The translations under genes were made by a program, and so were the position numbers. This document shows, in pieces, positions 49,541 to 63,799 of a DNA stretch of 64,000 bases. Origin of the DNA: Selaginella moellendorffii (lineage: Eukaryota > Plantae > Lycopodiophyta); the NCBI RefSeq assembly GCF_000143415.4, contig NW_003314358.1, forward strand, positions 10,001 through 74,000. The letters run 5' to 3'. The notes below the pieces were generated by a model. The model had not been told where the DNA came from, searched no databases, and saw nothing but the letters and a program-made list of their open reading frames with translations. How positions within the stretch are numbered: the first letter of the stretch is position 1; each line of letters begins with the position of its first letter.

Positions 49541-51583
49541 TCTGAAAGTGCAGAAAAGAAGTTAGGACCATACAAAAAATGATTGGAGATTTGCCTAAAT
49601 CATAACATACCAAACAACCTCAATAACATGAGGCCACATGCCATTATTCAAACATGCTATTGACACCCACGTGAAATTTCACATTCACAAAATTGGCATG
49701 AGGCCTCATGCCATCTTGATAAACACACAGCTACAGGCAGGTAAAAAAACTATTGGCAATATGCTAGTGATGAACTTGCAAGCCCCAAGATGGCATGAGC
49801 CCTCATACCATTAGTGGTACCGTAGCGCTGCTCGCACCACCGCAACTGCTCGTAGCGCCGCTCACACAAACTGCCACTCGCATAAATTGCCGCTCGCAAT
49901 GCCGCAACCGCTCGTAGACGCATAAACCACAGCTCACAACGCCGCTTACACAAGCAGCGCTCACTGCGCTCAGCGGAACCAAGAACACGGCGCACAAAAA
50001 TGATAGACCTAGGAATGAGTTCGAGAATTCAAAAATAACACACGCTTGAACGTCACATCAAATCCTCTGACAAACCAGATCTTATGATTCCTCTGACAAA
50101 TTTCAAACTGAGTAGCTTCTAGACTTTGCTGTCGGATGTTGAACTTTGTCACATCATGTCCTTGCCTCAATCCAGCTGTGCCATGTCAGTGATTCAAACT
50201 TTGCCATGCCATGTCAGCAATCCGCGCCAAGATTATTCGCCGTGTAACTGCTCGGCATCTGCCTCTTACAGCATTTGCCCAGAAAGGGCATCTTTCTTCA
50301 CACAGCATTTGCCACATATTTAGGGAGGGTTTAGGGTTTAGCAATTCAGTAGCTTGATAAACATGCAAATACAGAACTTAATGCAAAATCCTTTGATATG
50401 TCACAATGCCCCTAGGACCATAAACACATTTCAATAAAGAGGGTTCTTTCATTTCATAACTCCTTACGTAGATCTTGGTGAAACCAGAGTTAGTGAAGTT
50501 GGTTTCTTGTGATCCCGCATCTGATTGTGATGTCCCTTTGCAGTGTCGATGGAAAGGTCAATGCACACCAAATTGTAGAATCTTGGAGCAAAATAACGGT
50601 CGGATCTATGGCAAATGCCCCTGAAACATTGTAAGGCTCGTGTGGTCTCATGTGGTGTCCGATCGAAATGCTTCTTTGCAGAGTCATCAAGAAGGACATT
50701 GTATACCATTCTTTATTTAGCTGAACATCTGGCATTTTTGGAAATACAAGATGCTTTGGAATATCCAATCATGCATTGTATAAATATAGCGAGGGTATTA
50801 AATGATATCCCAATCATGATCTTTCCTTTGGATTTCGCGTGCATGCAGTCCGAGGAATGATGACGTTGTGGATTTCTTATAGCCATGCGCGCGGCGATCC
50901 AGAAATTAATGGTGGCGCCCAAGTCCGAGAAATGATGACGTTGCGGGATTACCAACCGTCGTGACATTTCGCGTGTGTGAGGTTAGGTTTTGCATTTTGC
51001 TTCGTACTCGCACTCGCACACTCGCGCTCGCATCGCGATCACGCTCACATTCGCGCTCATCTACCTTCTCTACAGGTTTCTTGTGTGCATCGGCGTCCAC
51101 TCGCGCTTGCATCACACTCACGCTCGCATCGCGCTTGTGTGCATCGGCGTCCACTTCAAGACACACCCAGTTTGTAACTTCGCCGCCAACTCTGCCGCCC
51201 ACTCCGCCACCCACACGCAGCCCACTTGGCGTCCCGGGAGATTTCAGCGCCACTCTCCAACTGTAAGTGGTAGAGTAGCCTTGCTGCTACGATCCGCTGC
51301 ACACACAGTGCACATTCGCCAGCGAGTCCGGCCTCGATTGTCACGCCTCCATTTGGCTTCAAATGGTAAGTCTTTTAGGCCAAGTAGAAAATGGCATGAG
51401 GCCACATGCCATTTAGTAGCAACATTGGCATGCACCGATTGGGCTCTCAAGTGCAGTCCGGTTACAGATGGCGTGTAGCCTCACGCCATCTTAGGATGCA
51501 GCCTCAAGACATCTGATGCAGTGGTGAATGGCGTGTGCCCTCACGTTATTTCCAGCTGCTAGCTTTTCATCTGTCAACTCTAA

Positions 51584-53325
51584 TTGTTGTGCATTTCTGA
51601 ACAGGCGAGGAATTGCGTTCTTCTTCCAGCCACTGTCAATGTGGATGCAGAGAAGGGGGAGGAGCTCACCAGTTGGACTTTCGGGATGGAAGGTGAGGAT
51701 CTGAGGCTGTACAACACAAATGGTGGGAGAAAAGAATGCATGGGGATCCTCATCCAAGTGATAGACACTCCATGCAGTTCCATGCAAGAATATGGACTGG
51801 CACTTGTGGTAGAGACAGCGTCCGCCTTCAAGATCTACCTTGCACATCCTAGCGGCTTCCCGGAGGGGGGCAGCAGCTATGAGGAATTCCTAGAGGGAGC
51901 TAGGGAGAGGTTGTCTAGGAGGCCCACAATTTCAAAGACGCTGCGGGTCTATGAAGATCATATGGAATCCACGGACCTCACCTACGGCGATGTTCAAAAA
52001 CTATATTCCAACATTGAGCCGTTGAGAGTGACTCCAGTTCGCGAAACGAAGGGGAAGGGGGTCGACTGGAAACTACCCCGAAGCAGAAAAGGGTGGTCAA
52101 GCTCAAGCCGACGTCTGACTCTCCTGCTCCAAAAAAGAAGCTACTCGGTGATGCCATTGCCTCGGGTTCGAACACTACACCCACCAAAAAGAAGAGCCGC
52201 AAAGAGCAGAAAGAGCAAGAAGAGGTAGCAAAAATCGTTGCAGATAATAGTACTTGTTACTATTCCAACAAAGTATATACAATCGACGTGAGCCACATCG
52301 ACATCCAAAGCAAATACAACCACAGGCTAGTATCTAATGAGTGGGTGGAGAAACTGAAGCAGAAGATGCTGGCAAGTCTAGTAACACCCGACATCGCAGA
52401 CGTGATCCCCTACTACCGAACAATGAAGGGCGAGACGAGGTTTCCAGACTTGATCAATAGGAAGGTGTTGGACGATTAGAACATCTAGTTCTATGCCGTC
52501 TCCGGGCAGCATTCTAGCTTGGCGATGCAAGAGATAGTTGTGGATATTATGGTGGGCGAGGAGGTGAAGAAAGTCTTCAAGACAAGAGTTGTCCGCCTGA
52601 TAAAAGGCAACTCGCCCCTCCGATCTATCATATACATCTCCCACACGCAGAATGTCAAGCAAGAAACGTGCTACAAATCGGGTCTGCACGAGACATTGGC
52701 ACGAACACGGAAGCTCTGGGTTCAACTGAAGAAGCCACAAAAACCAGGACAAAGACGTGCACTAGCAACTAGCGCTTAGCAGGTAAGCCTCATTGCATGT
52801 GGCATAGCATGTGGCCTCACGCCATTTCCATTGCAGGAATTCTCGAGTCTTCTCTCGAAAACACTGGGGGTCAATGACACACTCAGCATCCATAACATTC
52901 TACTCGCGACAAAAGTTGTTTTTGACAAATGGGTAGATGTGCTGAGGAGGTACCATGACATGGAGTTGGTAAACTCAATGGGTGTGGAGGACGGCTGGAA
53001 GCCCAATGATTTGAAGCTCAACGCCTTGCGTTTCTCGCGGTCTCTAGACGACGACGACCTTCTGACAGTGGCTAATGCTCTTCTACGTGGTGAGGTAGTC
53101 TTCAACAAGACCAAAATGACTCCCGGCCATATTGTGACATACGAGGACTTGTGCACGACTCTGAGAGCTCGTGCGCTATTGAAGGATTGGATCTTCGAGC
53201 AAGTGGCCGTGGAGAGGGTGAGCATCGACACCACGCAAGAGATGATGGAAGAGCTGGAGTTGTCAAATGAAGACATCGACGAGTATGTGAAGGGGGCCCC
53301 CAAGTTCATCGATCTGCTCCTTTGA
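51584..53325 (+). pseudogene. ParB/Sulfiredoxin-like domain passenger gene (copy 2)
   Basis: ORF pieces 51584-52228, 52093-52479, 52519-52779, 52831-53325; SGQHS at 52501-52515; GT-AG intron about 52783-52836. Confidence 0.6.
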
Positions 53326-55452
53326 GAGGATTTGCATTATACTAGAAGTGTTACAGCGTGTTACAGCATGTTATTGGAAGTCTACGAAGTTGTTTTATTA
53401 ATAAGGGGAAAGTAAAGATTGAATGGGGACTTGGGCTCCACCTAAACTCGGAGCAATTGAGCCAATATTAAAAGGATGGAAAGAAATTGGACGACGATGA
53501 CAAGGAGAAGAGAGAGGTGAAGCAGTGGCAGGGGGAGGAGAAGTGATTGAGTAAACATTTCCTTGTTTAAAATAAAATGGCATGTGCCTCAATGCAGTTG
53601 AATTTTGTTATATTTATATACTATATAAAGGTTTGGAAACCTTATTTTACAAGTGGGATAATGACAATTCCCACTTTAACAAAATAGAGCTTTATTGGAA
53701 AGATACTAGATACACATGTAGCATCAAATCGTCTTTGTCATCCACTAGACCCAATCGTGGTAGCAATCCCTACAAAGGTTGGGTTTGAGTCCCAACCCTC
53801 TAGTGTTTGGGTTCAATGAAATGTATATGTACTTTATCCCATATCCCATAGGAACTAAAACAACATCGAGAGTGCACTCTTAGAGAAACTAGTAAAACTA
53901 TGAGCACAAACATCTGGTGTTGCTCTTGGGCTATTCACCTCCCAAGTGACTCCACCGCAAGACTTGAAGCCACCTACTACACTCTATAATACACAAAACC
54001 CACCACAAAGTGCTTGACCACCAATGAATCTCTAGTGTCAAAGTAATGCCCAATTGCAATGTGACTCAAACTTGTACATCCAAGCGAGGTGTGAACATCC
54101 TCCAACTCATGGTCGGTGTGTGCTACCTTGCCTCCCATATGGGACAAGTGTGCTAGCGCATTTTCAAAAGAGACCTAGCCTTGCCATAAGGATTAGAGAA
54201 ATGCCACAAACTTCCTCCAAATCTAGCATTAGAGAGGAAACATGTGAATCCCTTATGTGTGCAATATCAAATTGCCTCCGTTGCCTTAATTGTGGTAGCA
54301 ATCCCTCCCATTAGATCCAAAAATCCTCATTTCCCAATCATCCTCAAAGTGAGACACCATGCATGGTCTTCTAAAGAGAATTCAAAAAGCTGAGAACTTT
54401 TTCAAATCCTAACTACTCCAAGCCCCTAAAGTGACATCCAACTCCACTTATCCTTAACCACTACCATCTCCATCATGTGTCAAGACAAACAAAATTGCAT
54501 AGATCTTGGCAAAAAGCTCTATTTTTGGAGGCTTTGCACCACCTCCTAGGACTGTAGTGACTTGCCACTGCCAGCCCTAGAAGCCCTAGCCACCCCTAAA
54601 GCAAGGCTGAACCTTAACCCTAGCTGCTAGCTAGCTACCACTTAGGAACCCTAATTCCAGAGCATGAGCTAAGGTTGTTTAAATCCCTCGAATCTCAAAT
54701 CTGAATGAAGTGCCACTACTAGGAGTGCTTCTCGCCACTCTCTAGATGCCGACAGTGAAGTCGAATCTAGAAAAAGGGCAAAAATCAAGCTGTGGGAGTG
54801 AAAAGAGGATAAAAAGTGTCTATCCTTTGCCATAGTCACTTTGGCAAAGCTAATGGAGGACCAATGATGTTGGCAACATCCATCTTCCTTGCCTCAATCA
54901 CTCCCAAAGCTTGATTTCCTCCTCTAGTGTTTGGGTTTGATAAACATGTATGTACATTCCCTATGTCTCAAGTTGACTAATACAAAAATTGGACATGCCA
55001 CCCTCTCAACAAGCTACTCTACATGACACTCTTATATCTCAACTAGACCTAGTCCTAAAGTAGAAGTGGACATGGTCTAGTTGAGACATAGGATGAAGTT
55101 GGGGGGAGGGGGGCTTTGCTAGCGAATCTTGCCGTTGACTACTATGCCACGAGAGCCACATATTCCTCCACTCCTTTAGTCAATTAAGTTTTACCCACTC
55201 TTTCAAGATGGGGTAGTGAAGGTGCACTAAAGTAAGTCTCCACCACAAGGCCACCACTACAAATATCCTCACTTATTGTCTATCGAAGTGATAGTGATTT
55301 TGTTCCCAGAGGGCTTGCACTCTTGTCACTCTCCAGATAGACCAGCGCTTGTGGCCCATTGCCTCCCATATTAACATACTAACTTTAGCATCTATCATGT
55401 CCTATTATACTCGTATACTCAATCTATACCAACCTCAACATCAAATACATCT

Positions 55453-55552
55453 NNNNNNNNNNNNNNNNNNNNNNNNNNNNNNNNNNNNNNNNNNNNNNNN
55501 NNNNNNNNNNNNNNNNNNNNNNNNNNNNNNNNNNNNNNNNNNNNNNNNNNNN
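55453..55552. other. Assembly gap
   Basis: Run of N. Confidence 1.
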
Positions 55553-55643
55553 TCAAGTGAGAGGACTTAGCACTTTGGAGGAATTAAGTTCCTAAGTTGT
55601 GATCTATAGCGCATTTTGGGTATAAGTTGGTGCACTAGCTTAG

Positions 55644-56605
55644 TGTAAGCAACTAAATTTTCCATTCTACTTTAGTCACTTAACCACACTCCCGTCCACT
55701 TGGAGGAGTCTCACTCACAACCTCCAGAAGTCCTATTTCAGACTTGGGCATTATAACCCCGAGAATGGCATCCCCACCACTCAACCTTTGCACTTGGTTC
55801 AAGTGCTTCACGTGTCCGATCCCATGATCAACACCCCAAGGTACCACTAACATATCAGCCTGTTACGCTAAGGCCATGCCCCTTCACCTTGGTCACACTG
55901 GTGGTCTAACACCACCTGCATCACAGTCCCGTCTCTCAAGGACTGGGCCATCCATCCATGAGTGATCATCCTAGATCCACTCCTTAGCATCCTTAGGATG
56001 CCTGTCGACATAGGGAATAACCTTCCCCAATATCCCTTTTCTAGTCCCCACCAAGTCCTTTCCTGCCCATGGCCGTGTTCGCCAAAACTAGCACTGGATC
56101 AAGGCCCATAAGCCTGACCACTAAGTCCCACAATCCTCTGGGACTTCCTCACCACATGAGTGTATCCTTGGTCATTACACCAAAGGACTACTCTTCTTCC
56201 TTTCCATAGTCTAGGCTTTTGGGACAATATTTTGGAACACTGTGGCCCTACGCGAGCCTTATGGGTACTCTCCCCACCTTCCACCTTTGGGTGCTCTAGC
56301 CATGGGCTTAGAGTGAGGTTCCATTGAGCCACACCAAGTATCCAAGTAGGTAGTGCCACCCACACTTGGATTGAGAACATCGACCATTTGATCTCCCGAG
56401 GGAACTAAAGCCCACTCTTGAACACTTCACCAAGCTACCCCGTTTGTCGGTCCGTATTCACTCTAGTCTTGGACTTCCCAGTGGTCAGCTCATCACCCAA
56501 CACTGGGTATAGCCTTCCTAGGCCAAACTGGCCTTTCCTAGCCAAACTGGCTCCACTGGGCTCCAAGCCCACACTCTCCCTGCTATACTTTTGGAACCCC
56601 CTGCA
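55644..56605 (-). repeat. LTR-like unit (about 0.96 kb)
   Basis: tgtaagcaactaaatttt...ggaaccccctgca, TG...CA ends. Confidence 0.72.
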
Positions 56606-56606
56606 G

Positions 56607-56960
56607 NNNNNNNNNNNNNNNNNNNNNNNNNNNNNNNNNNNNNNNNNNNNNNNNNNNNNNNNNNNNNNNNNNNNNNNNNNNNNNNNNNNNNNNNNNNNNN
56701 NNNNNNNNNNNNNNNNNNNNNNNNNNNNNNNNNNNNNNNNNNNNNNNNNNNNNNNNNNNNNNNNNNNNNNNNNNNNNNNNNNNNNNNNNNNNNNNNNNNN
56801 NNNNNNNNNNNNNNNNNNNNNNNNNNNNNNNNNNNNNNNNNNNNNNNNNNNNNNNNNNNNNNNNNNNNNNNNNNNNNNNNNNNNNNNNNNNNNNNNNNNN
56901 NNNNNNNNNNNNNNNNNNNNNNNNNNNNNNNNNNNNNNNNNNNNNNNNNNNNNNNNNNNN
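56607..56960. other. Assembly gap
   Basis: Run of N. Confidence 1.
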
Positions 56961-59900
56961 CGTTTCGGCTCCACTTTAGGGGTTAGGGATTTTGTGTCTC
57001 AGAACTCCACCACTTGTAGACGAAGTTTGATGTCCTCCTCTAAAGATAAACTATCTTATAAAGTAGTACCAACATGTATTACCCTTTCCATTCTTGGCAC
57101 CTCGCCAATATTCGTCAATGGTTTAATACTGAAGGCTCACCAAGCCTTTTCCATCCTCTAAAGAGGATAGTCTCTCCAACTTAGAGACTGATTGGACCAC
57201 TTGTGGTGGTTCTCTCCTTTTATTAGTTTAGTTCTCGTTAAATTTGTTAGAAACACCGTCTTTATCTCAATCCCACTACTCCTTATCGAGTAGTCTCAGT
57301 TTTCATCGATATAACTTTTGCACTTTGGAATTTTTACTTTTGACTTCTTGAAGTCAATTTCCTAGGTGTCTTTGACACCTTGCATTGCACATATTGTGCA
57401 ACTCCACTTCCCCATCCTAGGAAGTTCTCCACTTGAGGGCACCATCATCCTCTCTTTTATTTCGTGCCAACTTGGGCACTAAATTCTAATTAATATAATT
57501 TGTGCTAGGGCTGTCCATGGCCCTATCATTTAGCTACCTCACCACTCCCTCCCTTGGAGCTTCCACTTTCGCCAAATCAGAGCAATTGGGAATTCATCTT
57601 TGGAAACATATTGCCTTTCCCATAATTCATTAGCACCTAACACATTAATGTTCTTGGCCTAACTTTGCCTTTTAGATTCTTTCCCATGATTCTTTTCTTA
57701 GCCATTAGTTTTTTGCTCCTATCCTTGAGTGTTGCAACCAGCAACATCGGATCACTACCTCCGTTGTCGAGGTATCCTTTCGGTTCCATAGCAAAGACTT
57801 TGCTTTGCCAAGTCTAGAGGGTGTTCACCCTTAGTACATCTCTTTAGCATTTTCTACTATGGGCCCTATCCCTGGCCCAACTTTATGACCTTCCCATGGG
57901 TCTCTTATAGAGACTATTTTCTTTGGACTCACTATGCCATCGCATAGTCACAGATCATTTCCCTTAAGTGTTCTTTCCACTTGGTCACCTTGACCAAACC
58001 ACACCATCATTAATCGTTCAAATCAACACTTTGAACTATAAACCTTATCCCTTAACCTCACAAGGACTTTATCCTCATTTTAGCCATAAGATCATCTAGT
58101 AATCTAACTTTGGCACCTTAATAGGTTTGCCAATAGGTACTAAGTCCTCCAGACTTTTAAGTTGTTCACCATGACCTCGGGGGCATCCCCCACACTTGGT
58201 GGTGCACCCAAGCTAGCCCTTCCGGCTAAGGGTCCATAGCAACTAAGACTGGGTGTCCCCATCGTATTCACCACGTCTTTGGTGCCACTCATACCAAAGT
58301 GTTCAAGTTAGATATGCCATGCCACACTAAGCAATCTAACTGTGCATCGGCATCCCCCGCTTGGTGGTGTGCCCAAGCCAGTCTCCTTACTGAGAGTCCA
58401 TGACCACCGAAAAATGAGTGTCCTCATATTCCAAACCATCACCGCGCCCTAATGAGTTGGGACTCAAACCCAAACACTAGAGGGTCGGGACTCGAACCTA
58501 GCCTCCGTATATGCATCTACGGATGGCATCACCCAGGATGCCAGACGTAACTCCCCATGCCAGTGCACCAACTTATACTTAAAGTGCGCTACAGATCACA
58601 GTTTAGGAACCTAATTCCTCCACACTGCCAAGTCCTCTCACTTGACATGTCTATGATCATGCATGGACTTCTCTATGTTTGGCCCCATGGGCCACCCCTT
58701 TTGAAGTTAGCATCTTCAACTAGGGTATTTGTCCCCTTGACTTGCCAATTTCACTTAACAAGTCATCCGACCACCATAACATGATTCATGCACAAGCGTG
58801 AAAGCCCTTAACCATCAACTTCTGTTCAAAGCCTTCTTTTTGAACACTCGGGAACTACTTCCCTAACCTTGATAGCTTTGCCTCATGGTAAGCTTCAAGA
58901 CTACGTTTCTGTTGCGCCATTTTGATTTCGCATTCTCTTTAAACCATTTACACTTGGTTTTCTAGGTACTTATCTACCTAGAATCGTCTTTGGGAACCTT
59001 CAAGAAACTCTATTCCTTAGCCTTCTAAGGTTTCTCCTTTGCAAGCTCCCTACTCACCATATGGTTTAATATGGATAATTCCATAATTTAGACTCTCCAT
59101 GACATCGCAGTTGCTAGTAACAACATCCTCGACCACACCTTCTTGATTCTCCACTCCCAACTTACATAACTATCATTGGTTCTGCCCTTCAATTTCTATG
59201 GTTCAATTCCATCTCAATACTACTTGTCTTTTGGCCTCATATGTTTCCTTTGGTTATTCTCCTCAAGACTAGGAGGATAGATTTGCACCTTCTACCATGT
59301 CTTAGCAAGTATTCATAAGGATGAACCTACTCGATAGCTTAGAGAGTAGTTCTTCAATCTGGGCATGCTCATTTTATAATCCCACACACCGGGATTAACG
59401 TTGCTACTTATAGGCCTCTATATGCCCATCACTAACCTTGCCAAAATCCCATTTTTGGCTTTGTCCAAATCAGTTAGACAAATTTCTCCCGTCTCCACAA
59501 GCTTGGACGTTTGGATAGCACCTTCTATCCATCATCCGCTAGGGACTTACTCCCTTGGGCCTTATCTAATGCCCTCGCAACACCAAACACCACTTTCTAG
59601 TGTTTTAGAGTGTTTGGGTGTCCCAATAATAGCCTTCTTTGGTAATGAGCATTTCTTTTTTGACATTGACTTACTATATCGCAACATAAGCAGTTTCTCC
59701 CCCATAAAGGTATTTCTAACTTCCTTATCCCAATAACAAGTTTTAGGTAATTACTTTCTGCCAATTTAACCAATTATTTTGCACCTTTTACTTAGTTACC
59801 TCATAGTTGTCAAGTCCTATAACTCATTGCTTCCACACCTTCATCATTATTTGGGTCATCACACTTCAATCGCATGCTTTCCAGCTTAGGATATGCAATT

Positions 59901-62900
59901 CCCATTTCCATTAGGATCCTTTGGGAAGGGGTTCTCATGAACACACCAACTTAACCTTAAGGCAACATGCCTTGGCACATTCGATGTCTCCACACCATCG
60001 GCTCTATTAGCCTACCTTTCCGACACTTCCCACTTGTGTCAGGGTTTTTGCCAAGACCAAAGCAATCGTTTCTCATACAAACTATTAGTTAACACTGCAC
60101 CATAGTGTTCACACACAACTCTATGCCAAAGTTGTTTTCTTTTGGAAACACCTTTCCCAAGATTTTAGTATGGCATATTCTGTCATCAATGAGATACCCA
60201 CTATTTTCATACTTGGATCCTATGATCCCCCCATCCTTCGTGGGGTACAACACACCTTAGTCCAAATGCTTCCATCAATCCATTAGGATTATTCCTTGAC
60301 TCTATTTGAGTCATTCAGCTTTTTGGAATTTGCTAATTTGACGACTCGTGAGGTCTTACTTTTGAGGTGTCAGCTCACTGGAATACAACTTCTTATATTC
60401 ATGTCCTACTCACAAGGACCATCTTTGCAAGTGTTACTCCGACACTTGATTTTGTTCTCTAGGGGGCAACTTTTGCCCCTTATGATCACTTGTCCATGTG
60501 ATGAGAATACTATTAGGGCGTGGCCACTGAGAGAGTGAGAGAGAAAGAGGGAATATTCTGGTCCTTAGAATATTCTCCATCTTCCTTGTATAAAACCCTT
60601 GCCCCACAAGGGCAAATGGGGGACATTTTGCAAAGAGCTGTAAAGCATTTCTTGTGTTTGAGCGAGCGTTGGGGGAGGCACCCCTCCTTCCCCCAACAAA
60701 TGGTGAACCCGGCATGACCCGTAGGACTTTCTAAAGCGTCATTTCTCTCTTTTTCTTTTGGCTGCAGATTTTAGGAAGGAATTCCTTGTTCGTCTTGCGG
60801 TGGTTTTGTTTGACCTTGGGCGTGTTGGATAAGTTTGGAGCTCCTCTTTCCAGCAAGGTATGGTGTTCATCAAACTGTGCAGTATTTGAAGAGATACAAC
60901 ATTTCTTGGCTCGATCAAATGAGCATTTTGGAGTTTTCACTTTCTCGCCTAGATCCTCGGCCCAATTTCTCAAGGTAGTGCATTTGGGCTTGTAGATTTA
61001 GCTTAGATCTACGAGTAGTGGTGATTCTTGATGCTAGATTTGGCAAAATTGACGACATGCAAAAGGATTTTCTTCTGGATTGGATCATCTTTGTAGCAGA
61101 AATTCGTGCTCCTCTGGGTTTTGTTTTGGATGCCATTTGTTTCTAGAGGTGCTCCTGGTCCTAGGCTTTCCAGAAATACCAACGGCGCCTCAATATCGAT
61201 CTACATCACGGACATGCACATGTTTTTCCACAATGTTGGCATTCTGGGCTACCTCTTCATAGATTTTGGGGGAATATTGAGGTGACTTCTTCCCAAATTC
61301 CTATGATAGAGGGTAGACGGGGTTGAGCCCTTTCCAACGAGCCCACCAACAATCAAAATGGTGAAGGATCGAGGCTGGAGGACTCATTTTTCTCTTTTGG
61401 GTTAAACTTTGTTGGCACTAAGGACGTGGTGAAGGACATGGGGACACCCAATTTCAATTGCTATAATGTCGCGAATAAGACTTCGGGTATCGAAAGTTAC
61501 CTGTTGGCCAGTCCTTACGGATACTTTTTCCTTACTGCCACAACGGCAGGAGGTTGGTATTGTTGGACTCGTTATCAGTCTTTGCCTAAGCTAGTTGAGA
61601 AACTGGTCTTCACATGTGCACTTGACAAAATGAGCATAAATAAGTGCTATTAGTCAAGCATACTTGACCTGGTTAAAGAAACTCATTCGTTGACTTGCAC
61701 TTGCTAGTGTTGGGAACCCCCGTGATATTGAGTTTGGTCCCTCAATATTTGTTACCATGTCTGCCAAACACCTTCGCTATCATGCCCTTTGTGTTAGTCT
61801 CATTTCGGTCCCAAATGCTATTTATGGAAAGTGTTTAGATTTGCTCATTTGGCATATCTACGGAATGTAGAGATTAGCCTGAACACAATGGTGTTTGTTC
61901 CGTGTCCAAATTCACATTCTAGCACCATTCTATATTTAATAAGTTTTGAGCTTGTCTCAGAGATTAACTCCTAATACTAAGGGAGGCTTGGGGTGAAAGC
62001 CCAAAGTGTGTGTTCCTCAAGGGGGGGGGGGGCTGTGGGGGGTTCCAAATGTGTAGTAGGGATAGTGGGTAGGTCGGGCATGGCCGACTAACCTGAGGCA
62101 TAGTCTAGCTCCTGCTTGTGTGCCTGTCCTTGTTTTGTGTCCGGCTTGGGTCTAAACCCAAGCTCCATACCATGCTAGCTGGTGGAGTACCCATGTCCTC
62201 ACGTTAGGCCACTAGTATGCTAAAATAGCGCCAGACTCCGTTTGGCTCCGTTTTGCATGCTGGTCCTGGCATTGGGATGCTGAATGCTTTAGGACTATTC
62301 CAAGTCACTCCGTGCTTCTGTCCTTTCACTCCTTGGGCTGTATGCTTAAGAGTTACTCCGTGGTCCGGTTCCAACACTGAATGGCTCCATGCTTAAGAGT
62401 TTGGTTCCGTACCTTCATTCAATGGCCTAAGGCCTTGAAATTCAGGTTCCACACTAGTGTCCTTTGGACACATGGCATGTGACACATGGCACATGGAGGG
62501 TTTAGGTTCCGCTTCATGGTTATCTTAAGGTAAATCACCATAGGATAAAGGGATTAAGGGATATGTGTTATATATAAACCCTTGGTTGGAAGAATTGGCT
62601 TGGGTGCACCATCAAGTGTAGGGGATGCCCTTGGGGTTGTGGTCAACAACTTAAAGGTTTAAAAGACTTAGTACCTATTGACAAACTTATTGAGATCATT
62701 GGCTAAACAAAGACAAAGTCTCTGTTAGGTTAAGGAACAAGGTTCTTAGTTCAAAGTATTGATTTGAACTATTGGTAATGATGTAGTCAAGGTGACCAAG
62801 TGGAAATGACCTCTAAGGAAAATGAGTAGTGGCCATACAATAATATTGTGAATCCAAGAAAATAATCTCTAAAGAAGGACCTATGGGCAAGTCACAAGTT

Positions 62901-63799
62901 AGGCCGTGGATAAAGCCCATAGTAAATAATGTTGGAAAAACTTACTAGGGGTGAATAGCCCTTTAAACTTAACAAAGGATAACCTTTGCTATAGAACTAA
63001 AAGAATACCTTGAGGATGGAGGTAATGATCCTAGCAAAGTAGCCAAATGATAGGGCCATGGATAACCTTAGCATGAATTATAGATAAGTGAAACTTAGTG
63101 TTAAGAGTGGCACAAAATAAAAGAAAGAATGATGGTGCCCTTAAATAAAGAACTTCCTAGGATGGGGAAGTGGTGTTTATATAATCGGTGCAATAGAAAG
63201 TGTTGGACATACTTAGGAAATTGATTTAAGATATCAATATTAAAGTTCCAGAATGTGGTAATTATATTGGTAGAGGCCAAGACTACTATAAAATGAGTAG
63301 TAAAATTGAAATAAAGAAGGTGTCTCTAACAAGTTTAGCAAAAACCAAATGAACAAAAGGGAAGGACCACCACATATGTTCAAATAAGTTTTTAAGCTGG
63401 AGAGACTATGCTCCTTAGAGGATGAGCAAGGCATAGCAAGCCTTTGGTGTTGAACCATTGACAAATATTATGTAGATGCTAAGGATGAAAATGGTAATTT
63501 ATGATAGGGTTACTTTATGAAATTGTTTATCATTCGATGAGGATATCAAACTTTGTCTATGGGTGGTGGAGTTATGAGACACAAATCCTTAAGCCCCAAA
63601 GTGGAGTCGAGAGGGTGCCACATAGTAGTGGCCGAAGTAAAAGCTAAACGAGTGTAACATATTTAAATTAAAAGCTCCAACTCGAAAAGTCAAAAGTGGG
63701 AGTGGAACTCCTAACGAAGTGCTCGAAGAACAAACACGAAACGATCAATAAGTGAGCCTCTAAAAAAGGGACATAAGGGGACCATATGGAAGTGTTGGG

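Larger units (their letters stand above)
48257..53692 (-). mobile_element. TIR DNA transposon, Sola2-like, copy 2 (inverted)
   Basis: Same TIRs; reverse-complement homolog of 35799-41843 lacking about 39250-39643 and the 40210-40415 hairpin block. Confidence 0.85.

Noticed and set aside
57150-57460. Chromodomain remnant in the large-LTR family
   Set aside because: Only a faint resemblance across several frameshifts; too degraded to call without an HMM search.
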